From Mobula hypostoma (lineage: Eukaryota): 64,000 bases of DNA. Both the position numbers and the translations under genes were made by a program. Shown here one piece after another: positions 13,119 to 24,832 of this stretch. The notes beneath the pieces were generated by a model that was given only the letters and a program-made list of their open reading frames with translations, was not told where the DNA came from and searched no databases. The stretch lies in contig NC_086097.1 in NCBI RefSeq assembly GCF_963921235.1, forward strand, positions 30,444,001 through 30,508,000, written 5' to 3'. Each line of letters opens with the position of its first letter. Position 1 is the stretch's first letter.

Positions 13119-13984
13119 CATCATCTTCAAACCATTCATATTTATGTTCAGCCAAGGCCACCAACACTACAGTTTCTCAATCCTCAACATAACAAATTGG
13201 GCAGGATGTATTTAGTACACACTCTTCCCAGGGTCAAGCCCTGGAAAAACAGATTATGTTCAAGAAAAACAGCGACAGATTGCGAACTCATTGAAATGAA
13301 TCAAGCCGGGTTAGTCCAGTTGTTTTTCCCAGTGAGGCAAGAAGAATAAACAAGAACGTGCATGCTCAGTGCAGGGTGGCTTATACAAGTCATTGGGATA
13401 TTGCGAGGAGGAAGCAACAGCAAAGACACAAAAGGTACCAGGTGCTGGAATTGGGAGCAAAATAAAAATAACAAGCTCCTGGAGGAACTCACTGGGTCAA
13501 GGCTGTACCTGCAGAGGGAAAGGGATGGGCAATGTTTCAGGTTGAGACCCTGCATCAGGATATTGCCAGGTCTATAGATACTGGGAGAGGCTGGTCAGTC
13601 TATGTACTTACTCCAATGAACATAGGGGCAACCATGCAGAAACATTTAAAATTATGAGAAGCATAGTTAAGACAGGTCTTCTCAGTCAACTCCATCATGG
13701 GCACCAGCATCCCCACCATCAAGGGCATCTTCAAAAGGTGATGCCTCAAGAAGGCAGCATCCATCATGAAGGACCCTCGCAATCCACCTTATCTTGTTAT
13801 TGCCACGAAAGAGGTGGTACAGGAGCCTGAAGAAAGACGCTCAATATTTTAGGAACAACTTCTTCCCCTCCATCAAATTTCTGAACAGACCATGAACACA
13901 ACCTTACCATTTTCCTCCCTTTTGCATTATTTCAGCCTCTCATGGTCCCAGAGCACATTCTACACAATTCAGAAAGCTCACCAA

Positions 13985-16190
13985 TGGCTCTACTTTGCAG
14001 AGGCTGAAGAAAGCAGGACTATGCACATCTATACTCAATGTCGTTCTACAGATGCACAGTAGAGAACATCCTAACAAGCTGCGTCACTGCATGGTACGGT
14101 AGCTGCACTGTGACAGACAGGAAGGCTCTACAATGGGTAGTCAAAACTGCCCAGTGCATCACTGCCACCAGCCTACCACCTTCAAGAACATAGATACAGA
14201 AAGGTGCCGGAAGAGGGCCAGTGACATCATGAAAGATCCCACCCACGCTGCTCTTAGGACAATTTGTCCCCCTCACATCGGGAAGAAGACTATGTACAAA
14301 CCCCATTTCCAATAAAGTTGGGATATTTTCCAAAATGCAATAAAAACAAAAATCTGTGATATGTTAATTCGCGTGAACCTTTATTTAACTGACAAAAGTA
14401 CAAAGATTTTCGATAGTTTTACTGACCAACTTAACTGTATTTTGTAAATATACACAAATTTAGAATTTGACGGCTGCAACGCACTCAACAAAAGTTGGGA
14501 CAGAGTTAAAATAAGATTGAAAAGTGCACAGAATATTCAAGTAAAACTAGTTTGGAAGACTCCACATTAAGCAGGCTGATTGGCAGCAGGTGAGGTATCA
14601 TGACTGGGTATAAAAGTAGCATCCATCAAAGGCTCAGTCTCTGCAAGCAAGGATGGGTCGTGGCTCACCCCTTTGTGCCAAAATTTGTGAGAGAATTGTT
14701 AGTCAGTTCAAAAGGAACATTTCTCAACGCAAGATTGCAGAGAATTTAGGTCTTTCAACATCTACAGTACATAATATTGTAAAAAGATTCAGAGAATTCA
14801 GAGGCATAGTGCGCAAAGGGCAAGGTCAGAAACCACTGTTGAATGCGCGTGATCTTCGAGCCCTCAGGCGGCACTGCCTAAGAAACCGTCATGCTACTGT
14901 GACAATTATAGCCACCTGGGCAGAAAACCATTGTCACTCAACACAGTCCATCACTGCATCCAGAAATGCAACTTGAAACTGTACTACACAAGGAGGAAGC
15001 CATGCATCAACTCTATACAGAAACGCTGGTGAGTTCTCTGGGCCCGAGCTCATCTCAGATGGACCGAAAAACTGTGGAACCACGTGCTGTGGTCAGATGA
15101 GTCCACATTTCAGCTAGTTTTCGGTAAAAACAGGCATTGAGTTCTCCATGCCAAAGGTGAAAACAAACATCTACATTGTTATCAGCGAAAGGTGCAAAAG
15201 CCAGCATCTGTGATGGTATGGGGGTGCATCAGTGCCCACGGCATGGGTGAGTTGCATGTATGTGAAGGTACCATTGACTCCTGAGGCGTATATTAGGATT
15301 TTAGAAAGACATATGTTGCCATCAAGGCGACGTCTCTTCCCAGGACGTCCATGCTTATTTCAGCAGGACAATGCCAGACCACATTCTGCACGTCCTACAA
15401 CAGCATGGCTTTGTAGACACAGAGTGCGTGTGCTTGACTGGCCTGCTGCCAGTCCAGATCTATCTCCTATTGAAAATGTATGGCGCATCATGAAGAGGAG
15501 AATCAGACAACAGAGACCACGGACTGTTGAGCAGCTGAAGTCTTATATCAAGCAAGAATGGACAAAATTTCCAATTGCAAATCTACTACAATTAGTATCC
15601 TCAGTTCCAAAACGATTAAAAAGTGTTATTAAAAGGAAAGGCGATGTAACACAATGGTAAACATGCCTCTGCGCCAACTTTTGTTAAGTATGTTGCAGCC
15701 ATCAAATTCTAAATTTGTTTATGTTTATAAAATACAATTAAGTTGGTCAGTAAAACTATTGCAAATCTTTTCTTTATACTTTTGTCAGTTAAATAAAGGT
15801 TCACGTGAATTAACATATCACAGATTTTTGTTTTTATTGCATTTTGGAAAATATCCCAACTTTTCTGGAAATGGGGTTTGTAGCATCAAGACCATGAGGT
15901 TCAAAACAGTTACTTTCCCCAAGCAGTAAAGCTGATCAACACCTTCATCACTAACTCACCCCATCACTTACTATTTCTTGCCAGTCACCTCATGAACAGT
16001 TACTTGGCCTGTACATACTTTCTGGATATACGATCAAAGTATACAAGTTATCTTATGTATTTATATTTATTGTGTTTTTTATTGTGTTCCTTATCTTATT
16101 GGTTTTTTTCTGGTGTTGCATCCATCTAGAGTAACAATTATTTCATTCTCTTTTACAACTGTTTACTAGAAATGACATTAAACAATTCTG
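13985..16190 (+). mobile_element. Rex1/Babar-like 3' fragment hosting a Tc1 insertion
   Basis: RCTVENILTSCVTAWYG motif; the sequence is continuous across the Tc1 TA site. Confidence 0.7.
14297..15880 (+). mobile_element. Near full-length Tc1 (DD34E) transposon, 1,584 bp, inactivated
   Basis: TA TSDs at 14295-14296 and 15881-15882; ~200-bp TIRs starting caaaccccatttcca; WSDES...QQDNARPH...SPDLSPIE with 34 aa between D and E; ORF broken by a small deletion and a TGA. Confidence 0.93.
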
Positions 16191-18061
16191 AATCGACACA
16201 CAGAAAATGCTGGAGGAACTCAGTAGGCCAGGCAGCATCTATGGAGAGACTACAGTCCACTTTTCGGGCCAAGACCCTTAAGTAGGACTGAAGGAAAAAA
16301 AGATGAGGAGTAGATTTGAAAAGTGGGGGGAGGGGAGGGAGAAACACAAATTTTGAATGTTTCCTTGAATTTTTAAAATATATTTTTACTATCATTTATA
16401 GCACTTACGTATTGCACTGTACTCTTGCCACAAAACAACACATTTCATAATATGTCAATGGTAATAAGCCTAATTCTGATTCATTACCCCAGGGTAGGAC
16501 AGTCCAAAACTAGGGAGCAAAAGGTTTAGGGTAAGAGGGGAAGATTTAAATGGGACCTGAAGAGCAACTTTTTCCATGCAGAGGATGGTGAGATATCGGA
16601 TGAGCTGCCAAAAGACATGGTTGAGGGTACAATAGTATTTAAGAAGCCCATGGATGGGTAAATGGAGGGTAAAATTGGAACTCAGCGGGCATCATAGTTG
16701 GGCCGAATGGCCTACATCCATGCTGTATTGTCAGCAACACTATGGCCTGTGTAGAAGAGAGAGAGTTGCTTAATAAGGTGAGAAGGACGGGTGCAGCAGG
16801 GGTATGTGGATCCAGGTGAGAAGGGAGATGATTGGCAGATGGAGCCAGGTGGGGGGTGGATGGGGAGGAGAGGGGTAGAACTTCATTAAGCATCACAGAA
16901 TGGTAGACACAGCAGTGACCAGTGGGAATAAGGCAACACAAATATTTCAGTTCACACCTGCTGATTGAAAGAATACTGGAAGTACAATAGAATAGGAATT
17001 TACAAGGAAATCCCTTAAGTAACTGAAATGAAGATTAACTTTATTTGTCTCATGTACATCAAATCTTTAAAACATTACAGTGAAATGCTTTGCTTGCATT
17101 TAAAAAATCCAAAGATGTGCTGAGGGCAGCCTGCAAGTGTTGCAACGCCTCTGGCGGCAACATAGCATGCCCACAACTTAGAAAAAGTTCAAGAGCCACA
17201 AGGTAATGTTGCAGCTCGATAAAACCCTGGTTCGACTTGGAGTATTAATTTCTGGTTGCCTCATTATAGGAAGCACATGGAAGCTATAGAGTAGGTACAG
17301 AGGAGATTTACCAGGATGCTGCCAGGATTAGAGAGCAAGTTTTGTGAGATAGGTTGAGCGAACTAGGGTTCTTTGGAGAGAAAGAAGATGAAAGATGACT
17401 TGATAGAAGTGTTACAGGATGATAAAAGGCATAGCCAGAGACTTTTTCCCAGGTTAGAAACAGCTAACATGAGGGGGCATAACTTTAAGGTAACTAGAAC
17501 AGTATTGGGAGACAAACAAAATTTCTTTTTACAGAGATTGGTGAGTGCGTGGAACACACTTTCAAGGGTGGTGGTAGAGGCAGTTACATTACAGACATTT
17601 AAGAAACTTTTAGATAGGCACATGGATGACAGAAAAATGTAAGGATATGTAGGAGGGAAGGGTTGGATTAATCTACGAGTAGGTTAAGAGGTCGTCATGA
17701 CATTGTGGGCCGAAGGGTCTGTACTGTGCTAGTGTGCTATGTTAAAAAGATTAAAAAGACAATTTGAAGAGCTCGGAGACAGATCAATACGACCAAACAA
17801 TAGGATAATTGTGTTTCAGCCAATGCAAAGCCATCCAATCCACCCCAGCCCCCATTCCCATTTAGCTCCCTTGACTGACTGTTGCTGGGAGACAGACATG
17901 CAAGCAAGGAGCCCCTGCTACTCTCAAGCAAGTAACCACTCATTAGAAATGAAAACAAGGTCACAAATAGAAGCCATTAGCCAGTCGGCAGACCTCGAGT
18001 GTTCTTAAGTCAAATAAGGAAGCATTGCTTCTTTTTAAAAAAACAAAAAGAGATCACGTAC

Positions 18062-18175
18062 CTTCTTGGCATCTGTGGCCTGCTCTCCCAGCTGGGCAGA
18101 TGCACCTGTAACCATTAATCTCATCCACACAAGTGCCTCCAATAGCACAAGGAGAAGACTGGCATTCATCGATAT
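18062..18175 (-). CDS. JAG2: JAG2 exon 21 (114 bp), EGF16
   Basis: tctaag|ATATC...GAAG|gtacgt; [38 protein letters not shown]. Confidence 0.94.
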
Positions 18176-19073
18176 CTTAGAGAGAAGGAGAATAAAAAGT
18201 ACACATTAACAAAGAAGTGAAGGACACTAAAAACGCTGATGAAACCCTGTTTCCTGCGTTGCCTAATTACAGAAGCCAGAGCTGGCCTCTCAAACCTCAT
18301 CATTAGTTGCACAGTGAACAATTGAGTTAAAGCAATGATTGAGAGGCGGCTCTCTGAGTGGCTTTTTATTTCCCAACTTCAGTCGGTGCAGCTGTGCTTC
18401 TAGGCACCGTCAATGAAGTGTCAGTGTCTGGTGAAAATACAAGAGCCAACTTTCCATTCCCCTCAGCTCAGGGACGTCCACTGCCTGTTTGGGTTAACAG
18501 ATTCCCTGCCACGAAGGCATCTTAGTGTCAGGAAGTGGGTTCCATAGATTGCGAGTGTGGGTGGGGGGGGGGGGGTGGGGAGAGAAGACAAGAGCAAGGG
18601 AAATTTTGGGGTTAAGGCAGCAGAGAGCTTCACAAATACAGCGGTTTCCTGTTCCACCTGAAATCCAGAGCATCACATAAAAAAAATTGCTGGGGAACTC
18701 AGCAAGTCAGGCAGCACCTATGGAGAAGAATTAACAGTTGCCATTTCTGGGCGAGACCCTTCTTCTTGGCCCAAAACTTTGACTGTTCCTTTCCACAGAT
18801 GCTGAGAGCAAGAAAGAGAGAACGTGAGAGAGAAATCAAGACACTGGAGCAGAATCAGGCCATTCAGCCCATCGATTCTGTTCTGCCATTCTATCATGGA
18901 AGCTTTATTTTTCCTCTCAACCCCATTCTCCTTGTAACCTTTGATCCCACAACTAATCAAGAACCTATCAACCTCTGTTTTAATTCACCGCCATCTGTGG
19001 CAAATGAATTTCACAGATTTACCACCCAATGGCTAAAGAAATTCCTCCTCATCTCTGTTTGAAAGAAATGCCC

Positions 19074-20568
19074 ATTTTTCAAAACTCGTTAGATTCTGGA
19101 CTAGTTCCTGAGGATTGGAGGGTGGCTAATGTAACCCCAATTTTTAAAAAAGGAGGGAGAGAGAAACCGGGGAATTATAGACCGGTTAGCCTAACGTCGA
19201 TGGTGGGGAAACTGCTGGAGTCAGTTATCAAGGATGTGATAACAGCACATTTGGAAAGCGGAGAAATGATCGGACAAAGTCAGCATGGATTTGTGAAAGG
19301 AAAATCATGTCTGACGAATCTCATAGAATTTTTTGAGGATGTAACTAGTAGAGTGGATAGGGGAGAACCAGTGGATGTGGTATATTTGGATTTTCAAAAG
19401 GCTTTTGACAAGGTCCCACACAGGAGATTAGTGTGCAAACTTAAAGCACACGGTATTGGGGGTAAGGTATTGGTGTGGGTGGAGAATTGGTTAGCAGACA
19501 GGAAGCAAAGAGTGGGAATAAACGGGACCTTTTCAGAATGGCAGGCGGTGACTAGTGGGGTACCGCAAGGCTCAGTGCTGGGACCCCAGTTGTTTACAAT
19601 ATATATTAATGACTTGGATGAGGGAATTAAATGCAGCATCTCCAAGTTTGCGGATGACACGAAGCTGGGTGGCAGTGTTAGCTGTGAGGAGGATGCTAAG
19701 AGGATGCAGGGTGACTTGGATAGGTTGGGTGAGTGGGCAAACTCATGGCAGATGCAATTTAATGTGGATAAATGTGAAGTTATCCACTTTGGTGGCAAAA
19801 ATAGGAAAACAGATTATTATCTGAATGGTGGCCGATTAGGAAAAGGGGAGGTGCAACGAGACCTGGGTGTCATTATACACCAGTCATTGAAAGTGGGCAT
19901 GCAGGTACAGCAGGCGGTGAAAAAGGCGAACGGTATGCTGGCATTTATAGCGAGAGGATTCGAGTACAGGAGCAGGGAGGTACTACTGCAGTTGTACAAG
20001 GCCTTGGTGAGACCACACCTGGAGTATTGTGTGCAGTTTTGGTCTCCTAATCTGAGGAAAGACATCTTTGCCATAGAGGGAGTACAAAGAAGGTTCACCA
20101 GATTGATTCCTGGGATGGCAGGTCTTTCATATGAAGAAAGACTGGATGAACTGGGCTTGTACTCGTTGGAATTTAGAAGATTGAGGGGGGATCTGATTGA
20201 AACGTATAAGATCCTAAAGGGATTGGACAGGCTAGATGCGGGAAGATTGTTCCCGATGTTGGGGAGGTCCAGAACAAGGGGTCACAGTTTGAGGATAGAG
20301 GGGAAGCCTTTTAGGACCGAGATTAGGAAAAACTTCTTCACACAGAGAGTGGTGAATCTGTGGAATTCTCTGCCACAGCAAACTGTTGAGGCCAGTTCAT
20401 TGGCTATGTTTAAGAGGGAGTTAGATATGGCCCTTGTGGCTACAGGGGTCAGGGGGTATGGAGGGAAGGCTGGGTTCTGAGTTGGATGATCAGCCATGAT
20501 CATAATAAATGGCGGTGCAGGCTCGAAGGGCCGAATGGCCTACTCCTGCACCTATTTTCTATGTTTCT
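19074..20568 (+). mobile_element. Young 5'-truncated CR1/HER1-like LINE with an open RT domain
   Basis: Stop-free ORF to 20480 with YRPVSLTS, YLDFQKAFDKV, GVPQGSVLGP and KFADD; tail ttctatgtttcta; inserted into an antisense old CR1 fragment. Confidence 0.93.
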
Positions 20569-20942
20569 ATTTTGAGGCTGTGCCCTCTGGTCCTAATTTC
20601 CCCCACTTGAAAGAAACATCCTCTTAACATCTACTATCTAGTCCTTTCAATATTCGGTTAGTTTCAATAAGATTCCCCTCACTGTTCTAAACTCCAGCAA
20701 GTACAGGCTTCATACATTAATCCTTTCAATCTTGGGATCATTCCTGTGAATCTCCTCTGGATCTTCTCCAATATCTGCACATCGTTTCTTAGCTAAGAAC
20801 CCAAAACAGAAAGGCGCTTGTTTTGCCGTTGCCTTGTTTTGTACTGTTGTTGTGGCTACTTGTGATTTTCTGCTGAGCTTGGTGGAGTTGGTATGCTGGC
20901 ACTGGAAGGTGTTGTGAAACTTGCGGGCTGCCCCCAGCACAT

Positions 20943-21345
20943 GAACATTGACTTCTCTGACTTCCATTAATGCCCCTCCTCCCTTCTTACCCCATCCCTT
21001 ATTCATTTTTTCCCCTTTTTCTCCCTCTGACTATAACTCCTTGCCTGCTCTTCATCTTCCTCTGGGCTCCCCTCCCCCTTTCGTTCTCCCTAGGCTTCCC
21101 GTCCCATGATCCTCTCCTTTCTCCAGCCTTGCATCCCTTTTGCCAATCAATTTTCCAGCTTAGATCCACCCCTCCCCCTCCTGTCTTCTCCTATCATTTC
21201 AGATCTACCCCTCCCCCTCTCAAATCTCTTACTATCTCTTCTTTCAGTTAGTCCTGACAAAGGGTCTCGGCCCGAAACGTTGACTGTCCCTCTTCCAATA
21301 GATGCTGCCTGGCCTGCTGCGTTCCACCAGCATTTTGTCTGTGTT
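20943..21345 (+). mobile_element. Penelope-like 3' end with hammerhead motif, inserted into a SINE-like tail
   Basis: Matches 44765-45185; candidate 6-bp TSD gcacat at 20937-20942 and 21346-21351. Confidence 0.75.
21250..21285 (+). ncRNA. Minimal type-I hammerhead ribozyme motif (G8 mutated)
   Basis: AGTC-CTGACAA-A-GGG tctcgg CCC-GAAACGTT-GACT: helix I AGTC/GACT, helix II GGG/CCC, palindromic ACGT in place of helix III. Confidence 0.65.
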
Positions 21346-21787
21346 GCACATATTTTGGGTGTGCTGGTTGTTAACGCAAACACATTTCACTGTAAGTCTC
21401 AACATACATGTGATAAATAAATCTGAATCACAATACAACTCAGATCGTCTATGAAAAAAATCATAAATGACAAACTGATTTTTTTTTCAACTCGTGCTCC
21501 TTGACACAAGCACGGATAATGCAAGCACACATTGGGGAAAACAGTTATACAAACTCCTGTCTGGGAACGCAGCCCCTCACCGTAACGCATTCCTGTAGGT
21601 GTTACCAAAGACCTTTTACATTTGAAGGTGGACTAGATCTAAAGAGACCTTTCAAGGTTCTTTAAGGTTAAAACAAAGAATACAACTGTGGAGAGGGTGT
21701 TATGTGTGATGGGGACAATTGGCTTCAATTCACCCAGACATGGCCTTTCTTTCCGAATGAATAATATAGTCAGCTGGTGTTGCATTA

Positions 21788-22117
<330 letters not shown>

Positions 22118-23291
22118 TCAGATGCAAATATCGATTGTCATTAAGGAGGATATTTCAAGCTCTTGTTTGACAATGGGAGAATGGCAGGGTCCAGGACGCC
22201 TGCTGTTCCATTTACAGCTGAGCATCCTCAAAGAATTCCCTTTATTACCCCTTCTCTCCTCCTGCCGATTACAGCCCTGTGTCACAGATAAGGCAACCCC
22301 ACCCCTGGCTTCTCACACTCACTACACAGGCCCGAGTTGGCCGCGGGATTGTCATCTGGCTCAGGACGAGGGCGAGATCAAGGGATTTGCAGTAAATCTG
22401 CTATAAAGCCGATTAAAGCGGCACAGATTTAATTTTAAATGAGATTACAACAATCCCCCGCTCTTTTATCCATTGTGGCAGGAGTTGTATTACACTGGCC
22501 TCTCATTCTTCTCCTTGTCCTATCTATGTTTGACGTGAAGGCTACCTGTGACCCCACTGGGGAGAGGAAGGAGCAAAAGCTTCTCAGAAACAGGTTCAAA
22601 TCACATTACTTTTTGGAGATGGGATAGCACAGTGGAGCACCTTGCTGATGTTTAACCCCAATCTTGGGTGAAACAGAGCAGAACAGCACAGTACAGGCCT
22701 TTCGGTTCACGAAGCAGTGCCAAACTCTTAAACTATGCTAAAATCAATCTAATCCTTCCCTCCTATAACATAAGCCCTTCATTTTTCTAACATCCATGAA
22801 TTTATCCAAGTTTCTTAAATGTTCCTAATGTATCTGCCTCTACCACCAACCCTGGCAGCGTGGTCCACACACCCACTACTGTGTGTAAACAACCTAACTC
22901 TTGACATTTCCCCCCCTTTCTTTCCTTCAAATACTTTAAAATTATGCCCCGTCGTTTTGCCATTACTGCCCTACATGTCTCTGGCTAGCCATTTGATCTA
23001 CGCCTCTGATCAAGTCACCCTCCTTTGCTCCAAAGACAAAAGCCCCCAGCTCACTCAACCCATCCTCATCCAACACGCTCTCTAATCCAGGCAGCAACCT
23101 GGTAAATCTCCTCTGCATCCTCTCTAAAGCTTCCATATCTTTCCAATAATAAGGCAACCAGAACTGAACACAATAATCCAGGGTTGTATAGAGCCTTGGG
23201 AGATTCCACAAATGCTGGAAATCCAGAGTTACACATACAAAATGCTAGAGGAACTCATTAAGTTAGGCAGCATCTCTGACAAGTAATAAAC

Positions 23292-23327
23292 AATCAACGT
23301 TTCAAGCCAAGTCCCTTCATCAGTACC
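23292..23327 (-). ncRNA. Hammerhead motif with intact catalytic core but unpaired helix I
   Basis: Reverse complement GGTA-CTGATGA-AGGGACTTGGCTT-GAAACGTT-GATT, inside a palindromic Penelope derivative. Confidence 0.5.
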
Positions 23328-23419
23328 TCAGCCCAAAATATCACTGTTTATTCTTTTCCATTGATGCTACCTGACCTGCTGAGTTCTTTCAGCAATTTGT
23401 ATATGTTACTCTGCAAAAC

Positions 23420-24105
23420 TGCCTTGCAGCTTTTGAACTCAATACCCCAATATTCTATGCACAACACACAAAACATTGGAGGAACTGAGATCAGATATAG
23501 ATGGGGAACCGCTCTGTCGAGCACCTTCGCTCCATCCGCAAAAAGCAGGATATTCTGGTAGCCAAACATTTTAATTCTAATCCCCATTCTTATTCCGATA
23601 TGTTGGCCTTATCTTCTGCCACAATGAGGCCACTCTCAGGTTAGAGCAACATCTCATATTCCGTCTAGGTAACCCAACCTGATTGAATGAACATCCGATT
23701 TCCCCAACTTCTGGTAATTTTTCCCTCTCCTTCAATTCCCCACACTAGCCTCTTACCTCTTCTCACCACCTGCTCCTCCCCTTCCTCCCATGGTCCACTC
23801 TCCTCTCCTATCAGATTCCCCTTTCAGTTCTTTACCTTTCCCCCCCACCATTACTTCCTCGTTTACGTCCTACTGCCCCCCTCCCACCCACCAGGCTTCA
23901 CCTATCACCTTTAGCTTGTACTCCTTCCCTTCTCCCACCACCTTATTCTGGAATCTTTCTCCTTCCCTTTCAGTCCTGATGAAGAGTCTCGGCCCAAAAT
24001 GTTGACATGTATTCCCCTCTATGGATGCTACCTGACCTGCTGAGTTCCTCCAGCATTTTGTGTGTTACTCTGAATTTCCAGCACCTGCAGAATCTCTTGT
24101 GTTAA
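23420..24105 (+). mobile_element. Penelope-like fragment (end of GIY-YIG region plus 3' repeat)
   Basis: Similar to 44545-45185; decayed hammerhead motif at 23972-24006. Confidence 0.7.
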
Positions 24106-24804
24106 CAGTCCATACATCTTCTTAATCCCCCCTATCAAGAACTGCTCCTGAGGTCAGGATTGAATCCAGGTCTCTGAGCTGTGAGGCTGCAGCTCAGTTG
24201 TGTAGACACAAGAGTCTGTAGATGTTGCTTGACCCACTGAGTTCCTTCAGCAGATAGCTTCTTGCTCTATTAAGTGTATTAGTTGCTCACTCCAAGTTGA
24301 AGAGGAGGTTTTTAGGGTATAATGGAATAAATAAGGAAATAACTATTTCCAGTATAGTTTTTCAGACATTTATCCCAAAAGGTCTGTTCCTGAGCTGTAC
24401 TGTTTTATGTTCAGGAGAGTGAATTTCAGATAATCAGCAAGAGAACCGATGGAAAGGTTAGATATTTTTTAAAAGAATACAGCAATTGTGAACCAGAAGG
24501 CACCGCCTGAGTGTGCGGAAGCAGATTCAATAGGAACATTTAAAAGGAATTGGAAAAATACCAAACAAATAAAATTTGTTTGGCTCAGCGGGAGTGAACA
24601 ATGGAGTAAGACTCACAGGAGTTCTTTCAAAAACCTGGCACAGGGACAATGGGCTGAATGGCCTCATTCTGCATTGAGGAGCTGGGTTTTGTCAGAAGTT
24701 CTGCCAGGGGCCTTTTCACCCTTGGTTTCCCAGAACCTAATCTAGTCAAAAATTCCAAAAAAAACACTCTTCACAATAAAACACCACAAGATCTGGTCAC
24801 TCAC

Positions 24805-24832
24805 CATGGATGAGGGCTGCAGTCATTCTTAT
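24805..24832 (-). CDS. JAG2: JAG2 exon 19 (28-bp micro-exon), start of EGF15
   Basis: ctgtag|ATAAGAATGACTGCAGCCCTCATCCATG|gtgagt; NKNDCSPHPC; phase fits both neighbours. Confidence 0.92.

Noticed and set aside
12184..13215. Pro/Ser/Leu-rich ORFs
   Set aside because: They are translations of pyrimidine-rich Penelope 3' repeats.
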